Shown: one piece after another, positions 13,117 through 25,153 of the stretch | Layout of the letters: each line of letters begins with the position of its first letter | Numbering within the stretch: the first letter of the stretch is position 1 | Source of the DNA: Macrostomum hystrix | Taxonomy: Eukaryota > Animalia > Platyhelminthes | Assembly: GCA_950097015.1 (NCBI GenBank) | Contig: CATNEN010000012.1 | Location: 682,001 to 746,000, forward strand | Direction of reading: 5' to 3' | DNA length: 64,000 nucleotides | Position numbers and translations under genes: made by a program | The notes under the pieces: model-generated | The model's database searches: none | The model's input: only the letters and a program-made list of their open reading frames with translations | Told to the model about the DNA's origin: nothing

Positions 13117-13531
13117 ATGGGCGAATTCCAGCATGGACTGTGCGGCTGCTTCGATGACTGCGGTGAGTTTTGCTATTCTAATGCTATTCTAAATTTGGTT
13201 CGCCTTGAGAACACTACTCAACAGCTTTTGCACCCTCTGACCCGATGCAGGCCTGTGCATCATCACATACTTCATTCCGTGCTACACCTTCGGCAAGAAC
13301 GCCGAGGCAGTTGGCGACAGCTGCCTGCTGTGCGGTCTGGGCATGGCCTGCGGCCTCGGCTTCATCCTTGGCCCCATTGTGCGCGGCAAGATCCGAGAGC
13401 GTCAGGGCATCGACGGCAGCTTCATTGGCGACTTCTGCATCTGGTTCTTCTGCGGCTTGTGCGCCCTGATCCAGGAGGGTCAGGAGGTCAAGAGCTTCTC
13501 CATGAGGGGCCAGACTGTGGAGCGGGAATGA
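13117..13531 (+). CDS. PLAC8/cornifelin-family cysteine-rich protein, 108 aa, 2 exons
   Basis: Exons 13117-13162 and 13251-13531 (phase 1, G|GTGAGT...CAG|G). The join reads MGEFQHGLCGCFDDCGLCIITYFIPCYTFGKNAE...RGKIRERQGIDGSFIGDFCIWFFCGLCALIQEGQEV, a typical PLAC8 signature. Confidence 0.95.
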
Positions 13532-14358
13532 GACTGTGGCTCAGCAGACTGTTGCGTCAACCATTACTTAATAATGTAAACGCTTTCCAGACCTTTCTTC
13601 TAAGAAAAGAAGCAGTTTTTTCTCGTTCCGCCCCCAGCCCAAGCCCAGAGCTCAGTAAAACTCAATAGTTTTACTGTCTTGCATATATTATACCAGCATT
13701 ATTATTTAACTATTTTATATTGGCAATGAAAGAGGTTAAATGATTGTCAAGCACACACCTGCATGACTTTGGTTTACCTGAAAAACAACCTGCAAAATCG
13801 TTCAATGGAAAAACTTTTAAAGCCTTACTAGCCTTACTTTAAAATCGGCTCGTCTTTCCGCTTGTTGTTTATTTCGATTTTCATGAATCTATACCAGATT
13901 AGAGTCAATTCTACACCATCCGACTCCAGGGGCTCTACTGTAAGTAGAACTGAGCGAAAATTCGGGCCGTTAATAACTACTGCCCCACCCCACGGGACAC
14001 GAGCATCTGCAACGTGAGGGCCGCGAGCTGCACAATGCTCTCTTGCTTTCCTTAACTGTACTCTGCCTCTGAGCACTGTCGCACAAAATTTATTCTCTGC
14101 TTACACTACTCAGAATAATGGACCGACTATTGTGCTTGAAATATCTGTACTTCGAGGCCAAGCACAATGCAAGATGCGCAGAAAATTGCGCGGTCAGCTA
14201 GAATATGGCCACAGTCTTTCTACCTATCTGTCAACAAGCAGCTCCTACATAACACTGAATATCTCGGTTTTCCGGCCCGCCCATTAACTCTTTGAGCACA
14301 ATCTGCCTGTCTAAGTGCCCACCATCAGATTCTGCTTCTAGTTTGAGAGCTGAAAGCA

Positions 14359-17300
14359 ATGCGTCTTCTTCTGGCACTTTGCCTGAGTGCCGTCCTGATT
14401 CTTGGCGCCTACGCCATCCCCATGGAGGTCATCAGGGCGCTGGCCTCGCCTCCGACACCGCCTGCTGCTCAGCGGCTGCCTCTAGAGCACTCTGGAGGTG
14501 GTGAGCTCACCTATTGAACAATTTCATTTGAGCACAATAAAGTCTAGGATTAAAGTTGAATGACATGATACAGTTGCAGATAATTGACGAAACATGCATT
14601 GACGTGACTCATTGAAGTACCAGATTTAGCTGTGTCTCATTGAAGTACCAGATTTAGCTGTGTCTCATTGAAGTACCAGATTTAGCAGCTGTGTCTCATT
14701 GAAGTACCAGATTTAGCTGTGTCTCATTGAAGTGCCAGATTTAGCTGTGTCTCATTGAAGTACCAGATTTAGCTGTGTCTCATTGAAGTACCAGATTTAG
14801 CTGTGTCTCATTGAAGTGCCAGATTTAGCTGTGTCTCATTGAAGTGCCAGATTTAGCTGTGTCTCATTGAAGTACCAGATTTAGCTGTGTCTCATTGAAG
14901 TACCAGATTTAGCTGTGTCTCATTGAAGTGCCAGATTTAGCTGTGTCTCATTGAAGTACCAGATTTAGCTGTGTCTCATTGAAGTGCCAGATTTAGCTGT
15001 GTCTCATTGAAGTACCAGATTTAGCTGTGTCTCATTGAAGTACCAGATTTAGCTGTGTCTCATTGAAGTACAAGATTTAGCTGTGTCTCATTGAAGTGCC
15101 AGATTTAGCTGTGTCTCATTGAAGTGCCAGATTTAGCTGTGTCTCATTGAAGTACCAGATTTAGCTGTGTCTCATTGAAGTGCCAGATTTAGCTGTGTCT
15201 CATTGAAGTACCAGATTTAGCTGTGTCTCATTGAAGTACCAGATTTAGCTGTGTCTCATTGAAGTGCCAGATTTAGCTATGTCTCATTGAAGTACCAGAT
15301 TTAGCTGTGTCTCATTGAAGTGCCAGATTTAGCTGTGTCTTATTGAAGTACCAGATTTAGCTGTGTCTCATTGAAGTACCAGATTTAGCTGTGTCTTATT
15401 GAAGTGCCAGATTTAGCTGTGTCTCATTGAAGTACCAGATTTAGCTGTGTCTTATTGAAGTGCCAGATTTAGCTGTGTCTCATTGAAGTGCCAGATTTAG
15501 TTGTGTCTCATTGAAGTACCAGATTTAGCTGTGTCGTATTGAAGTACAAGATTTAGCTGTGTCTCATTGAAGTACCAGATTTAGTTGTGTCTTATTGAAG
15601 TGCCAGATTTAGCTGTGTCTTATTGAAGTACCAGATTTAGCTGTGTCTCATTGAAGTGCAAGATTTAGCTGTGTCTCATTGAAGTACCAGATTTAGCTGT
15701 GTCTCATTTAAGTGCCAGATTTAGCTGTGTCTCATTGAAGTACCAGATTTAGCTGTGTCTCATTGAAGTACCAGATTTAGCTGTGTCTCATTGAAGTACC
15801 AGATTTAGCTGTGTCTCATTGAAGTACCAGATTTAGCTGTGTCTCATTGAAGTGCCAGATTTAGCTGTGTCTCATTGAAGTACCAGATTTAGCTGTGTCT
15901 CATTGAAGTGCCAGATTTAGCTGTGTCTCATTGAAGTACCAGATTTAGCTGTGTCTCATTGAAGTACCAGATTTAGCTGTGTCTCATTGAAGTGCCAGAT
16001 TTAGCTATGTCTCATTGAAGTGCCAGATTTAGCTGTGTCTCATTGAAGTACCAGATTTAGCTGTGTCTCATTGAAGTACCAGATTTAGCTGTGTCTCATT
16101 GAAGTACCAGATTTAGCTGTGTCTCATTGAAGTACCAGATTTAGCTGTGTCTCATTGAAGTGCCAGATTTAGCTGTGTCTCATTGAAGTACCAGATTTAG
16201 CTGTGTCTCATTGAAGTACCAGATTTAGCTGTGTCTCATTGAAGTGCCAGATTTAGCTGTGTCTCATTGAAGTACCAGATTTAGCTGTGTCTCATTGAAG
16301 TACCAGATTTAGCTGTGTCTCATTGAAGTACCAGATTTAGCTGTGTCTCATTTAAGTGCCAGATTTAGCTGTGTCTTATTGAAGTACCAGATTTAGCTGT
16401 GTCTCATTGAAGTACCAGATTTAGCTGTGTCTCATTGAAGTACCAGATTTAGCTGTGTCTCATTGAAGTACCAGATTTAGCTGTGTCTCATTGATGTACC
16501 AGATCTAGCTGTGTCTTATTGAAGTACCAGATTTAGCTGTGTCTCATTGAAGTACCAGATTTAGCTGTGTCTCATTGATGTACCAGATCTAGCTGTGTCT
16601 TATTGAAGTACCAGATTTAGCTGTGTCTCATTGATGTACCAGATCTAGCTGTGTCTTATTGAAGTACCAGATTTAGCTGTGTCTCATTGAAGTACCAGAT
16701 TTAGCTGTGTCTCATTGAAGTACAAGATTTAGCTGTGTCTCATTGAAGTACCAGATTTAGTTGTGCCTCATTGAAAGACCATGGTATCAAAATGACCAGT
16801 TTGCTGCGATAAACAGTGCAATTTTATAAATTTTTTGATATTTCAGAAGATCTCTCAGACTCGCAGCAGCAGCAGAGCAAGAAGGGTTTGCTCAGCCGCA
16901 TCTACAAGACCAAGGTTATCAACCTGCCAAGCAGAGGAATGCAGATTGTGCTGCTGCCGTGAGTGAGGCTTCATGAGCCACGAGTCAGTCCACCGGGCAC
17001 ATGTACCACTGTGCCTTTGAGCCTTCCAGTCAACACATAAATCTGCCAGATCTATCTAAATCTACCAGATTCTATCCTAAATTTACCAGACTCTATCCTA
17101 AATTTACCAGATTCTATCCTAAATTTACCAGATTCTATCCTAAATTTACCAGACTCTATCCTAAATTTACCAGATTCTATCCTAAATTTACCAGATTCTA
17201 TCCTAAATTTACCAGACTCTATCCTAAATTTACCAGATTCTATCCTAAATTTACCAGATTCTATCCTAAATTTACCAGACACTATTCTAAATTTACCAGA

Positions 17301-18144
17301 TTCTATCCTAAACCTTCCAGATTCTATCCTAAATTTACCAGATTCTATCCTAAACCTTCCAGATTCTATCCTAAATCTACCAGATTCTATCCTAAATTTA
17401 CCAGATTCTATCCTAAACCTTCCAGATTCTATCCTAAATCTACCAGATTCTATCCTAAATTTACCAGATTCTATCCTAAATTTACCAGATTCTATTCTAT
17501 ATTTACAAGATTCTATCCTAAATCGACCAGATTCTATCCTAAATCGACCAGATTCTATTCCAAATCTAACAGATTCTATCCTAAACCTTCCAGATTCTAT
17601 CCTAAATCTACCAGATTCTATCCTAAATCTACCAGATTCTAACCTAAATCTGTCAGATTCTTCGCCAAGCCCACCAGTCTACTCCTAAAGCTACTCGAGT
17701 CTACATCTAAACCTACTATAGATTAAACCCCCTGAATACAACAGACTTATAAAAATTTACCAGTCCACCGAATTTATCAGCTTACCTGTGCCACAAGCCT
17801 ACTAGAAATAGCCAATCAGCAGTATGATAACAGCTCAAACGCGTGGCTCCACTCGCAGGTGGAAGTGCTACAATCAGTCCAGCTGTCAGCAGAAACCGAA
17901 GTGCGTGGCAGCTGGTGGCCAGACAGTCTGCACCACAGAGTGCTACGCCTGCAACTCTTGTGTGCAACCGAAAATAGTCAGGAAGAAGCTGAAGAACGGA
18001 AAGATCAGCGAGACGCGAAAGAGTTACATTCGAACTCACCGCTGCGGCGCCTGCTTTAGCCGATCTCAGTGCTCTGAGCCCACCTGCCCGGCGCCGAAAC
18101 CGTGCACTCTGCACTCCAAGGATGACAAGATGGCGATTCTTTAA
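14359..18144 (+). CDS. Orphan secreted cysteine-rich protein, about 179 aa, 3 exons
   Basis: Exons 14359-14500, 16847-16958, 17859-18144 (donors G|GTGAGC and CC|GTGAGT; acceptors TTTCAG| and CTCGCAG|G; phases 1/2; 540 nt). Signal peptide MRLLLALCLSAVLILGAYA; 12 Cys in the last exon. If unspliced, exon 2 would stop at 16962; alternative acceptors at 17820/17823 are also in phase. Confidence 0.75.
14629..16773. repeat. 28-bp minisatellite (intron 1 of Cys-rich gene)
   Basis: Unit TCATTGAAGTACCAGATTTAGCTGTGTC, about 76 copies. Confidence 0.97.
17045..17660. repeat. 21-bp minisatellite (intron 2 of Cys-rich gene)
   Basis: Unit CTATCCTAAATTTACCAGATT. Confidence 0.95.
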
Positions 18145-18224
18145 ATGATGCCAGAATATTGGTTGCGAGAACTTTTTACGTTTGACTCTGCTAACAAATC
18201 GTTGTTGGGTTGGGCCAAGGCTTA

Positions 18225-18808
18225 GAGGAGGGCAAGGCATGGGGAGGGGCAAGGCGTGGGGAGGGGCAAGGCGTGGGGAGTGGCAAGGCGTGAGGAGGGG
18301 CAAGGCGTGGGGAGGGGCAAGGCGTGATGAGGGGCAAGGCGTGAGGAGGGGCAAGGCGTGAGGAGGGGCAAGGAGTGGGGAGGGGCAAGGCGTGATGAAG
18401 GGCAAGGCGTGGGGAGGGGCAAGGCGTGAGGAGGGGCAAGGCGTGATGAGGGGCAAGGCGTGAGGAGGGGCAAAGCGTGGGGAGGGGCAAGTCGTGAGGA
18501 GGGGCAAGGCGTGGGGGAGTTGCAAGGCGTCGGGAGTGGGCAAGGCGTAGGGAGGGGCAAGTCGTGAGGAGGGGCAAGGCGTGGGGAGGGGCAAGGCGTG
18601 AGGAGGGGCAAGGCGTGGGGGAGTTGCAAGGCGTCGGGAGTGGGCAAGGCGTAGGGAGGGGCAAGTCGTGAGGAGGGGCAAGGCGTGGGGAGGGGCAAGG
18701 CGTGAGGAGGGGCAAGGCGTGGGGAGTTGCAAGGCGTCGGGAGTGGGCAAGGCGTAGGGAGGGGCAAGTCGTGAGGAGGGGCAAGGCGTAGGGAGGAGTG
18801 GCAAGGCA
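18225..18808. repeat. 17-bp G-rich minisatellite (GGGGAGGGGCAAGGCGT)
   Basis: Tandem unit read directly; starts about 80 bp after the Cys-rich gene stop. Confidence 0.95.
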
Positions 18809-19683
18809 TGACGTGGTGGAATGGGTAATAGAGTGGGTTATTGCCGAAGTTTAATACACGTATATGCTTCTGAAGTTTCTACCGTGTGTTCAATGAGTTT
18901 TATTATTACAGAGATCTTCGAACGTATTTACGACTTCTTCAATAAAACATGCTTATCTGTGACCAATTAACTCGAGAACATACCAAACAAAAAAATTGAA
19001 AATTTTTAAACCGTCGACAGTATGTGGTAAAGCTTCGTGCCATTTATTTTCAACTGAAGATGATGATGAAATTCAATCATGAAACTAACATTTGATACTT
19101 CAGTTACATTTATGTAAGTCACGAAATGAAAACTTCAAATAGTTCAAAGAATTTTAAAGGCTCGATTTGTTCTTTTATTATGGCATCGCAAATGCTTGCA
19201 CTCTAACATTTGGTGACAGTTGGAGTTGAAATTCAAGAACAGCTTCATTCAACTGCGTCGACAGTAGCAGATTTCAGATTGAGTTAACTTCTCCAGTTAC
19301 AAAGTTTTTTAATTGTCACTATTGAATCTTTGAACTAAAACGCGTGTAATTCTAGCAGTATCCGATTACGAATATTACAGTGTGTTATCAAAGGCTGTGT
19401 GGGCCGCTGCACTAGTTAAGTCTTTATCATGTGCACCGATTTATTGAATTTTGAGAAACATGATTGACAGCATTCATGAATTGAAGGCTGTCATTTGACC
19501 TTCTTGAACGTTGCCAAGGTAACACCGTTAAACACAAACAGAGTATTTAGCATAGAAGATGGGCCTGAAGTTACTAACTACCTTGTAGCAGATCCTCAGA
19601 ACTGCGCTGCGTAAACTGACGGCTGTGAGTAGATCAGCAAGAGGAACTCAAGTAAGTCATCTTTCATACTCTGCCACTGAGCA

Positions 19684-20178
19684 CTGAAGTTCCTGGATGA
19701 GATAGCAGCGGGTCTCTGAAGTTCCTGGATGAGATAGCAGCGGGTCTCTGAAGTTCCTGGATGAGATAGCAGCGAGTCTCTGAAGCTCCTGGATGAGATA
19801 GCAGCGGGTCTCTGAAGTTCCTGGATGAGATAGCAGCGAGTCTCTGAAGTTCCTGGATGAGATAGCAGCGGGTCTCTGAAGTTCCTGGATGAGATAGCAG
19901 CGGGTCTCTGAAGTTCCTGGATGAGATAGCAGCGAGTCTCTGAAGTTCCTGGATGAGATAGCAGCGGGTCTCTGAAGTTCCTGGATGAGATAGCAGCGGG
20001 TCTCTGAAGCTCCTGGATGAGATAGCAGCGGGTCTCTGAAGCTCCTGGAGTGGATAGCAGCGGGTCTCTGAAGCTCCTGGATGAGATAGCAGCGGGTCTC
20101 TGAAGCTCCTGGATGAGATAGCAGCGGGTCTCTGAAGCTCCTGGATGAGATAGCAGCGGGTTCTCTGAAGTTCCTGGA
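19684..20178. repeat. 32-bp minisatellite, probably in a 5'UTR intron of the DEG/ENaC gene
   Basis: About 15 units; a CAA|GTAAGT donor at 19651/19652 lies just upstream. Confidence 0.95.
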
Positions 20179-20277
20179 TTATATTATTAAGTTTATTAAG
20201 TTTAAGTTTATTATTAAGTTCCTGGATATTAGCACGCATTAGAATTAGAAGATCGCACGCACCAATCGGCAGTCGAG

Positions 20278-22991
20278 ATGCTCCGCTCAGCGCTCAACTC
20301 AAAGGCCGACCTACACAGGGCGGCTACGGCAGCCGCCTTCGATGACGACGGGGAAGTTGGCGCGCAGCAGCAGCAAGTGGCCAACACGCATGGCATATTC
20401 CGGCTGAGCCAAGGCTCGGGGGTGCAGCGTGTTCTGTGGGCTCTGGTGGTCATCGGTGTTTGCGTTGGATTTATATTGCACCTGGGCATGCTGGTGCAGC
20501 AGTACACGTCCTATCCGGTCAGCACAGAGCTGGAGGCGCGCACGGATTTCTTTGAATTTCCCGACGTCACAATCTGCTCAACTAACTACATGAGCATCAC
20601 CTACGGCTACGACGCGGTGCCCAGCCCCATGGCGTTGCCCGGTCGAGTCCGGGGCCTCGTCGATATGATCTACGACGTGTCCAGATTTTTGTACCTGCTC
20701 AACCAGACGGACATGAACATCAGCGTGCCCACTAATCCCTACACCTCCTATCGGCACGGGAAGCTGGCACTGAACAAGATTGCATTCAGGTGAGGTGCTG
20801 CTGCTGATTATTTCTGTTTCAGGCTCTTATTCAAACTGTGAAAATCCTAATTTCTCATCCTGCAAGGTCCAAACAGTTTCCGGATCCGTACGAGATCGTC
20901 CTGTTTTGCCGCTTCAACTCCGCTCCCTGCAGCTACTTGAACTTCACCATCTACAAAGACGACGAGCTGTTCAGCTGCATGACATTCGCACCGCAGAACA
21001 ACACGGTGGTCACAGCCGGTCCGGGCAATGGGCTCTACCTGGTGATGTTTACCTACAGCTCATCCTTCTTCACTGACGAAGAGGAGATTAATGATGTGCC
21101 CGGCATGAAGGTGGTGCTGCATTCGCGAGGCGAGTATAAAAGTGATTTAGCCAGAATGACGTGTTCCTCAAGATTTCCTTCGGCGAATAACTCGGTGATG
21201 AAGTTTCACTGATGAAGTTCGGCCCCTGCATCGTTTTAACACCTTCTCTACTCCGCCTCACTTCCTAATGTCTTGTTCGTCCTTTGCGTGTCGCATTCGC
21301 TGTGTCATCTCTCCCTTTTCCAATCTCCGCGTCTCACCTCTCTAACCACTCTCCTGTCTTATCTCTTCTCTGTCTCACCTCTCTCATTTTTATCTCATGT
21401 TTGTAATACATTTGTATATTTCCAATGTCATACCTCAGCCCGCCTTCATTTTTTTTAACGCAGGGGTAAAGCCCAACTTGAACGGCCCATACGTGATGGC
21501 GCCGCTGAAGTACAAAACAGAGGCCGTAATTGACACGTCCGTGCAGGAGAAGGTCGACCGCAACAGCTACCACTGCCTAGAAAGCATGCCGAATGTCACG
21601 TACATCACCGACTACAGCCAGCTGACTGGGCCGGTGAACACCAGCTTCGTTGGCACCACCGAGGACTGTCGGGTGCGCATCATGCAACAGGAATACCTGG
21701 ATACCTGCGGCTGCCTGGCTACGCACCTGCCAAAGCCCGCCGACCTGTACGCCCGGGCCAGTCCCGGAGTCTGTCACGACATCAACGAGCACGTCCTATT
21801 CCGCGACATATTCTTCAGCTCGCCGACGCCCGCTTACACCTACTATATTATTCGTAATGATAGCTGGTACAACTATCCGCTGAGTGACTACATAGTCCAA
21901 TACAGGGACATGTACAACGGCACTATAGCACGCCTGGACTGCTACCAGCGGGTGCTGGACCGACAGAGCAGGGACGGCGTGGACACCCGCAGCTGTCCGG
22001 TGCTGTGCCGGATCAAGTCGCACGAAGTCATGCCCCGATACTACAGGTGGCCAAACAGCGCGACCTATTCAGGCCAGGCGGTCAACAACCTGGCCACACA
22101 GGCCTTGGAGGTAGCCAAAGCCAAGGGCTTCGACCAGCGAGGGCTGCAGGAGCTGGTCACCAACTATGCCGAGCGTGTCAAGTACTATGTCGGCGTGCTG
22201 GATCTGTTCCCCAGGGACCTGACCGTGCAGATGAGCATCGAGAGCTGGGCCTATCCGCTCAGGAATTTCTTCTCCGATTTGGGTGGCATTCTGGGTGAGA
22301 ACTTCGCCTGCTGCCTTCCGTTGGTAGTTGACAAGGAGTGTGTCTGTGTGTGTGTTCCTTTCTACTTTAAGTCATGAAAAGTTTAAACTCAACTTGAAAT
22401 TCCGACGCATCAAGAGGTCGGGTCTCATCGGCCCGGTGGAAAATTTTTGTGTCATCGAATAGGACAAATGTTCAAGACTTTCATTCACCCAGCTGTAGAA
22501 TGGGTGGTAGCCTCTTTGAATAGCTGCGACTGTGCCACTGGCTGCACATCTGGCCCAACTGGGTAAGGTGTCGTCTTTCAATCATTTCTTCAGGTCTGCT
22601 TTCCTTTTTGCTTGCTTCCTTCCGGAAGTCATTTCATGTTAAAGATTATCTTTTTTTCCGTGAGGTTCTTGCCTCCGCTCAATATTTTAGCCAGATTATT
22701 TTATGTTGCCAATGACGCTCAACTCGGACCAACTCAACTCAACAAAGATCAACGACTCTCGCACCAATCACCGCAGGCCTATGGATCGGCGCGTCGATTG
22801 TGACCCTAGTGGAGATCCTGGAGCTGGTGATGTACGCTGTGCTGCTGGCCCACAAGAAGATTGCCGACCGCAGGCGCAACCGGGTGATCGTCATTGAGCC
22901 AAAGAGTCAGCAGCCGGAGCAGCAGAAGCCGCCAGAGTATGACAACGCCGAAACAGACGTTGAAATATACAAGCCAGAAATGAAGCGGTAG
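20278..22991 (+). CDS. DEG/ENaC (amiloride-sensitive sodium channel superfamily) subunit, about 606 aa, 4 exons
   Basis: Exons 20278-20789, 20867-21129, 21464-22294, 22777-22991 (1821 nt). HG motif (NTHGIF), TM1, FPDVTICSTN, Cys-rich thumb (CGC, CPVLC), FFSDLGGILG|LWIGAS with intact GAS belt. Intron 2 donor is either GC (21130) or a weaker GT (21142). Confidence 0.93.
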
Positions 22992-24049
22992 ATCGGTTAA
23001 GATCTACGCGCTAACAGACAATCGGAGATGGACAAATGACATATTCGATTTACTGCCTCAGTTAGCAAGCACCGAACAAAAGTTGTTCTATTCTCTTATG
23101 CAACCAGAAAAAACACTATATACGTAACATAGGCACCAGTTTTACACAGACTATCTAGTAAACAAGAACAGCTGGAGAACAGCGGCTAAAGTTGCAGATA
23201 GTTGGGCCATAGACAGTCGTCAGTGTACAATTATTTCTGTTCTCCTTCTCTTTCTGCACAATTATTTTGTCACAATAAAACAACTTTCTCCCGATAAATA
23301 TGCGAAAAGCCTACTTAAATCAATATAGTAGTATATGCACTAAGTAAAAATATAAAGGCAATTAAAACAGAAATTGCACAATGATATTTTTAAGCTGTGT
23401 ACAGAACCGAAATAATAATTTAAGAATAGGATTAGAAATGGAATTGAAATCCTGGTGAGATTAAAATCTAGAATTGTCAGTAGCGAAGTCTAATAAAATA
23501 AGTCATAGGCGAAACAGCCATGATTAATCTGGGCTCATTGCTGCAAACGATGGCTTCATGATAAGTATTTGCTATAATAACAAAATTTTATTTTACACAG
23601 ACAGACCACAATTTGAATGCAGAAAATCGGATAGCGCTACTTCTAGGGCAAAAAAACGCGAGAAATGTCTTTTAGGTTAGCATAATGGCAATAAAGTCGT
23701 ACTGATACGGCACTCATTTTCATTTTATCTATTCTTCGTGTACGCAATGCGTGTAAATTTAATAGCGGGCATAATTTACTCAAGAAAGCGAAGTCAAACT
23801 AAGGTAATAGGCAAATAGACAGGGAAAGTTTCTCACTGAGATTTATCATTCATGATAAAATTAAATAAACATTGATTCTACGAAAAAAAACATAATTGCT
23901 CGCTATAAATTTAGATGCAAAAATGCCAACGGAGCTACTTACACTGAGTATACGAATGCATATGACAACTATTTTTTGTTTCAGTTTACTCAACCGTCTG
24001 AATTGAGTCTTTTTTGCAGTTACCCCTTGTTTAATCACTTGTTCATCCT

Positions 24050-24610
24050 GCAGCACCCACCACCTCATTTTCTCACTCCAGCCTGCAGCACAAACCACCT
24101 CATTTTCTCACTCCAGCCTGTAGCACCAACCACCTCACTTTCTCACTCCAGCCTGTAGCACCCACCACCTCATTTTCTCACTCCAGCCTGTAGCACCAAC
24201 CACCTCATTTTCTCACTCCAGCCTGCAGCACCCACCACCTCATTTTCTCACTCCAGCCTGTAGCACCAACCACCTCATTTTCTCACTCCAGCCTGCAGCA
24301 CCCACCACCTCATTTTCTCACTCTAGCCTGCAGCACCCACCACCTCATTTTCTCACTCCAGCCTGTAGCACCAACCACCTCATTTTCTCACTCCAGCCTG
24401 CAGCACCCACCACCTCATTTTCTCACTCCAGCCTGTAGCACCAACCACCTCACTTTCTCACTCCAGCCTGTAGCACCCACCACCTCATTTTCTCACTCCA
24501 GCCTGCAGCACCCACCACCTCATTTTCTCACTCCAGCCTGCAGCACCCACCACCTCATTTTCTCACTCCAGCCTGCAGCACCCACCACCTCATCTTCTTA
24601 CTCCAACCTG
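24050..24610. repeat. 35-bp minisatellite
   Basis: Unit CCTCATTTTCTCACTCCAGCCTGCAGCACCCACCA, about 16 copies. Confidence 0.95.
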
Positions 24611-25153
24611 AACAATCTAACACCACCATCGTATTATTCCTACCAGGTTTCCACATAGGGAGCTTAAAAACTTAAACCCAAACATTCGACCGAAGGCTTA
24701 AAAAGGTGTCCTAATAAGGTAGTTAGACTTAAAAGGCTTGTAAATAAAAAGCCTTTATTCTGTTTTATGTAATGGCCATTCAAGCTATATTAAAAGTGAA
24801 TAATTTTCAGTTGAATCTTACAGTTGTTTGCTCAGCCTAACAAAGCTATCTAGAAATACGAACACTAAAACAAAAGAAATGGAGAAAAACTATAAAGAGT
24901 CAAAAAATGAATCGAGTAGATTTGCAATAATTGTTTGTTAGCAAGCTGGGCATGAAGGGAATAATGTTACATTTCTAAAAAATTACAATATTCTTAGTGA
25001 GTACGCAGCTACTTGTCCGACAGAAACCAGCACCCTCAGGAGTACAAGTCTTAGATAACTAAAGGCAAAGTTGAAAAAATTGCAGATTAATTAAGCTGCT
25101 GAAGATTTACCATAAGCCTAGGAATCTAACAATTCAACAGAATTGGGCAAGAC

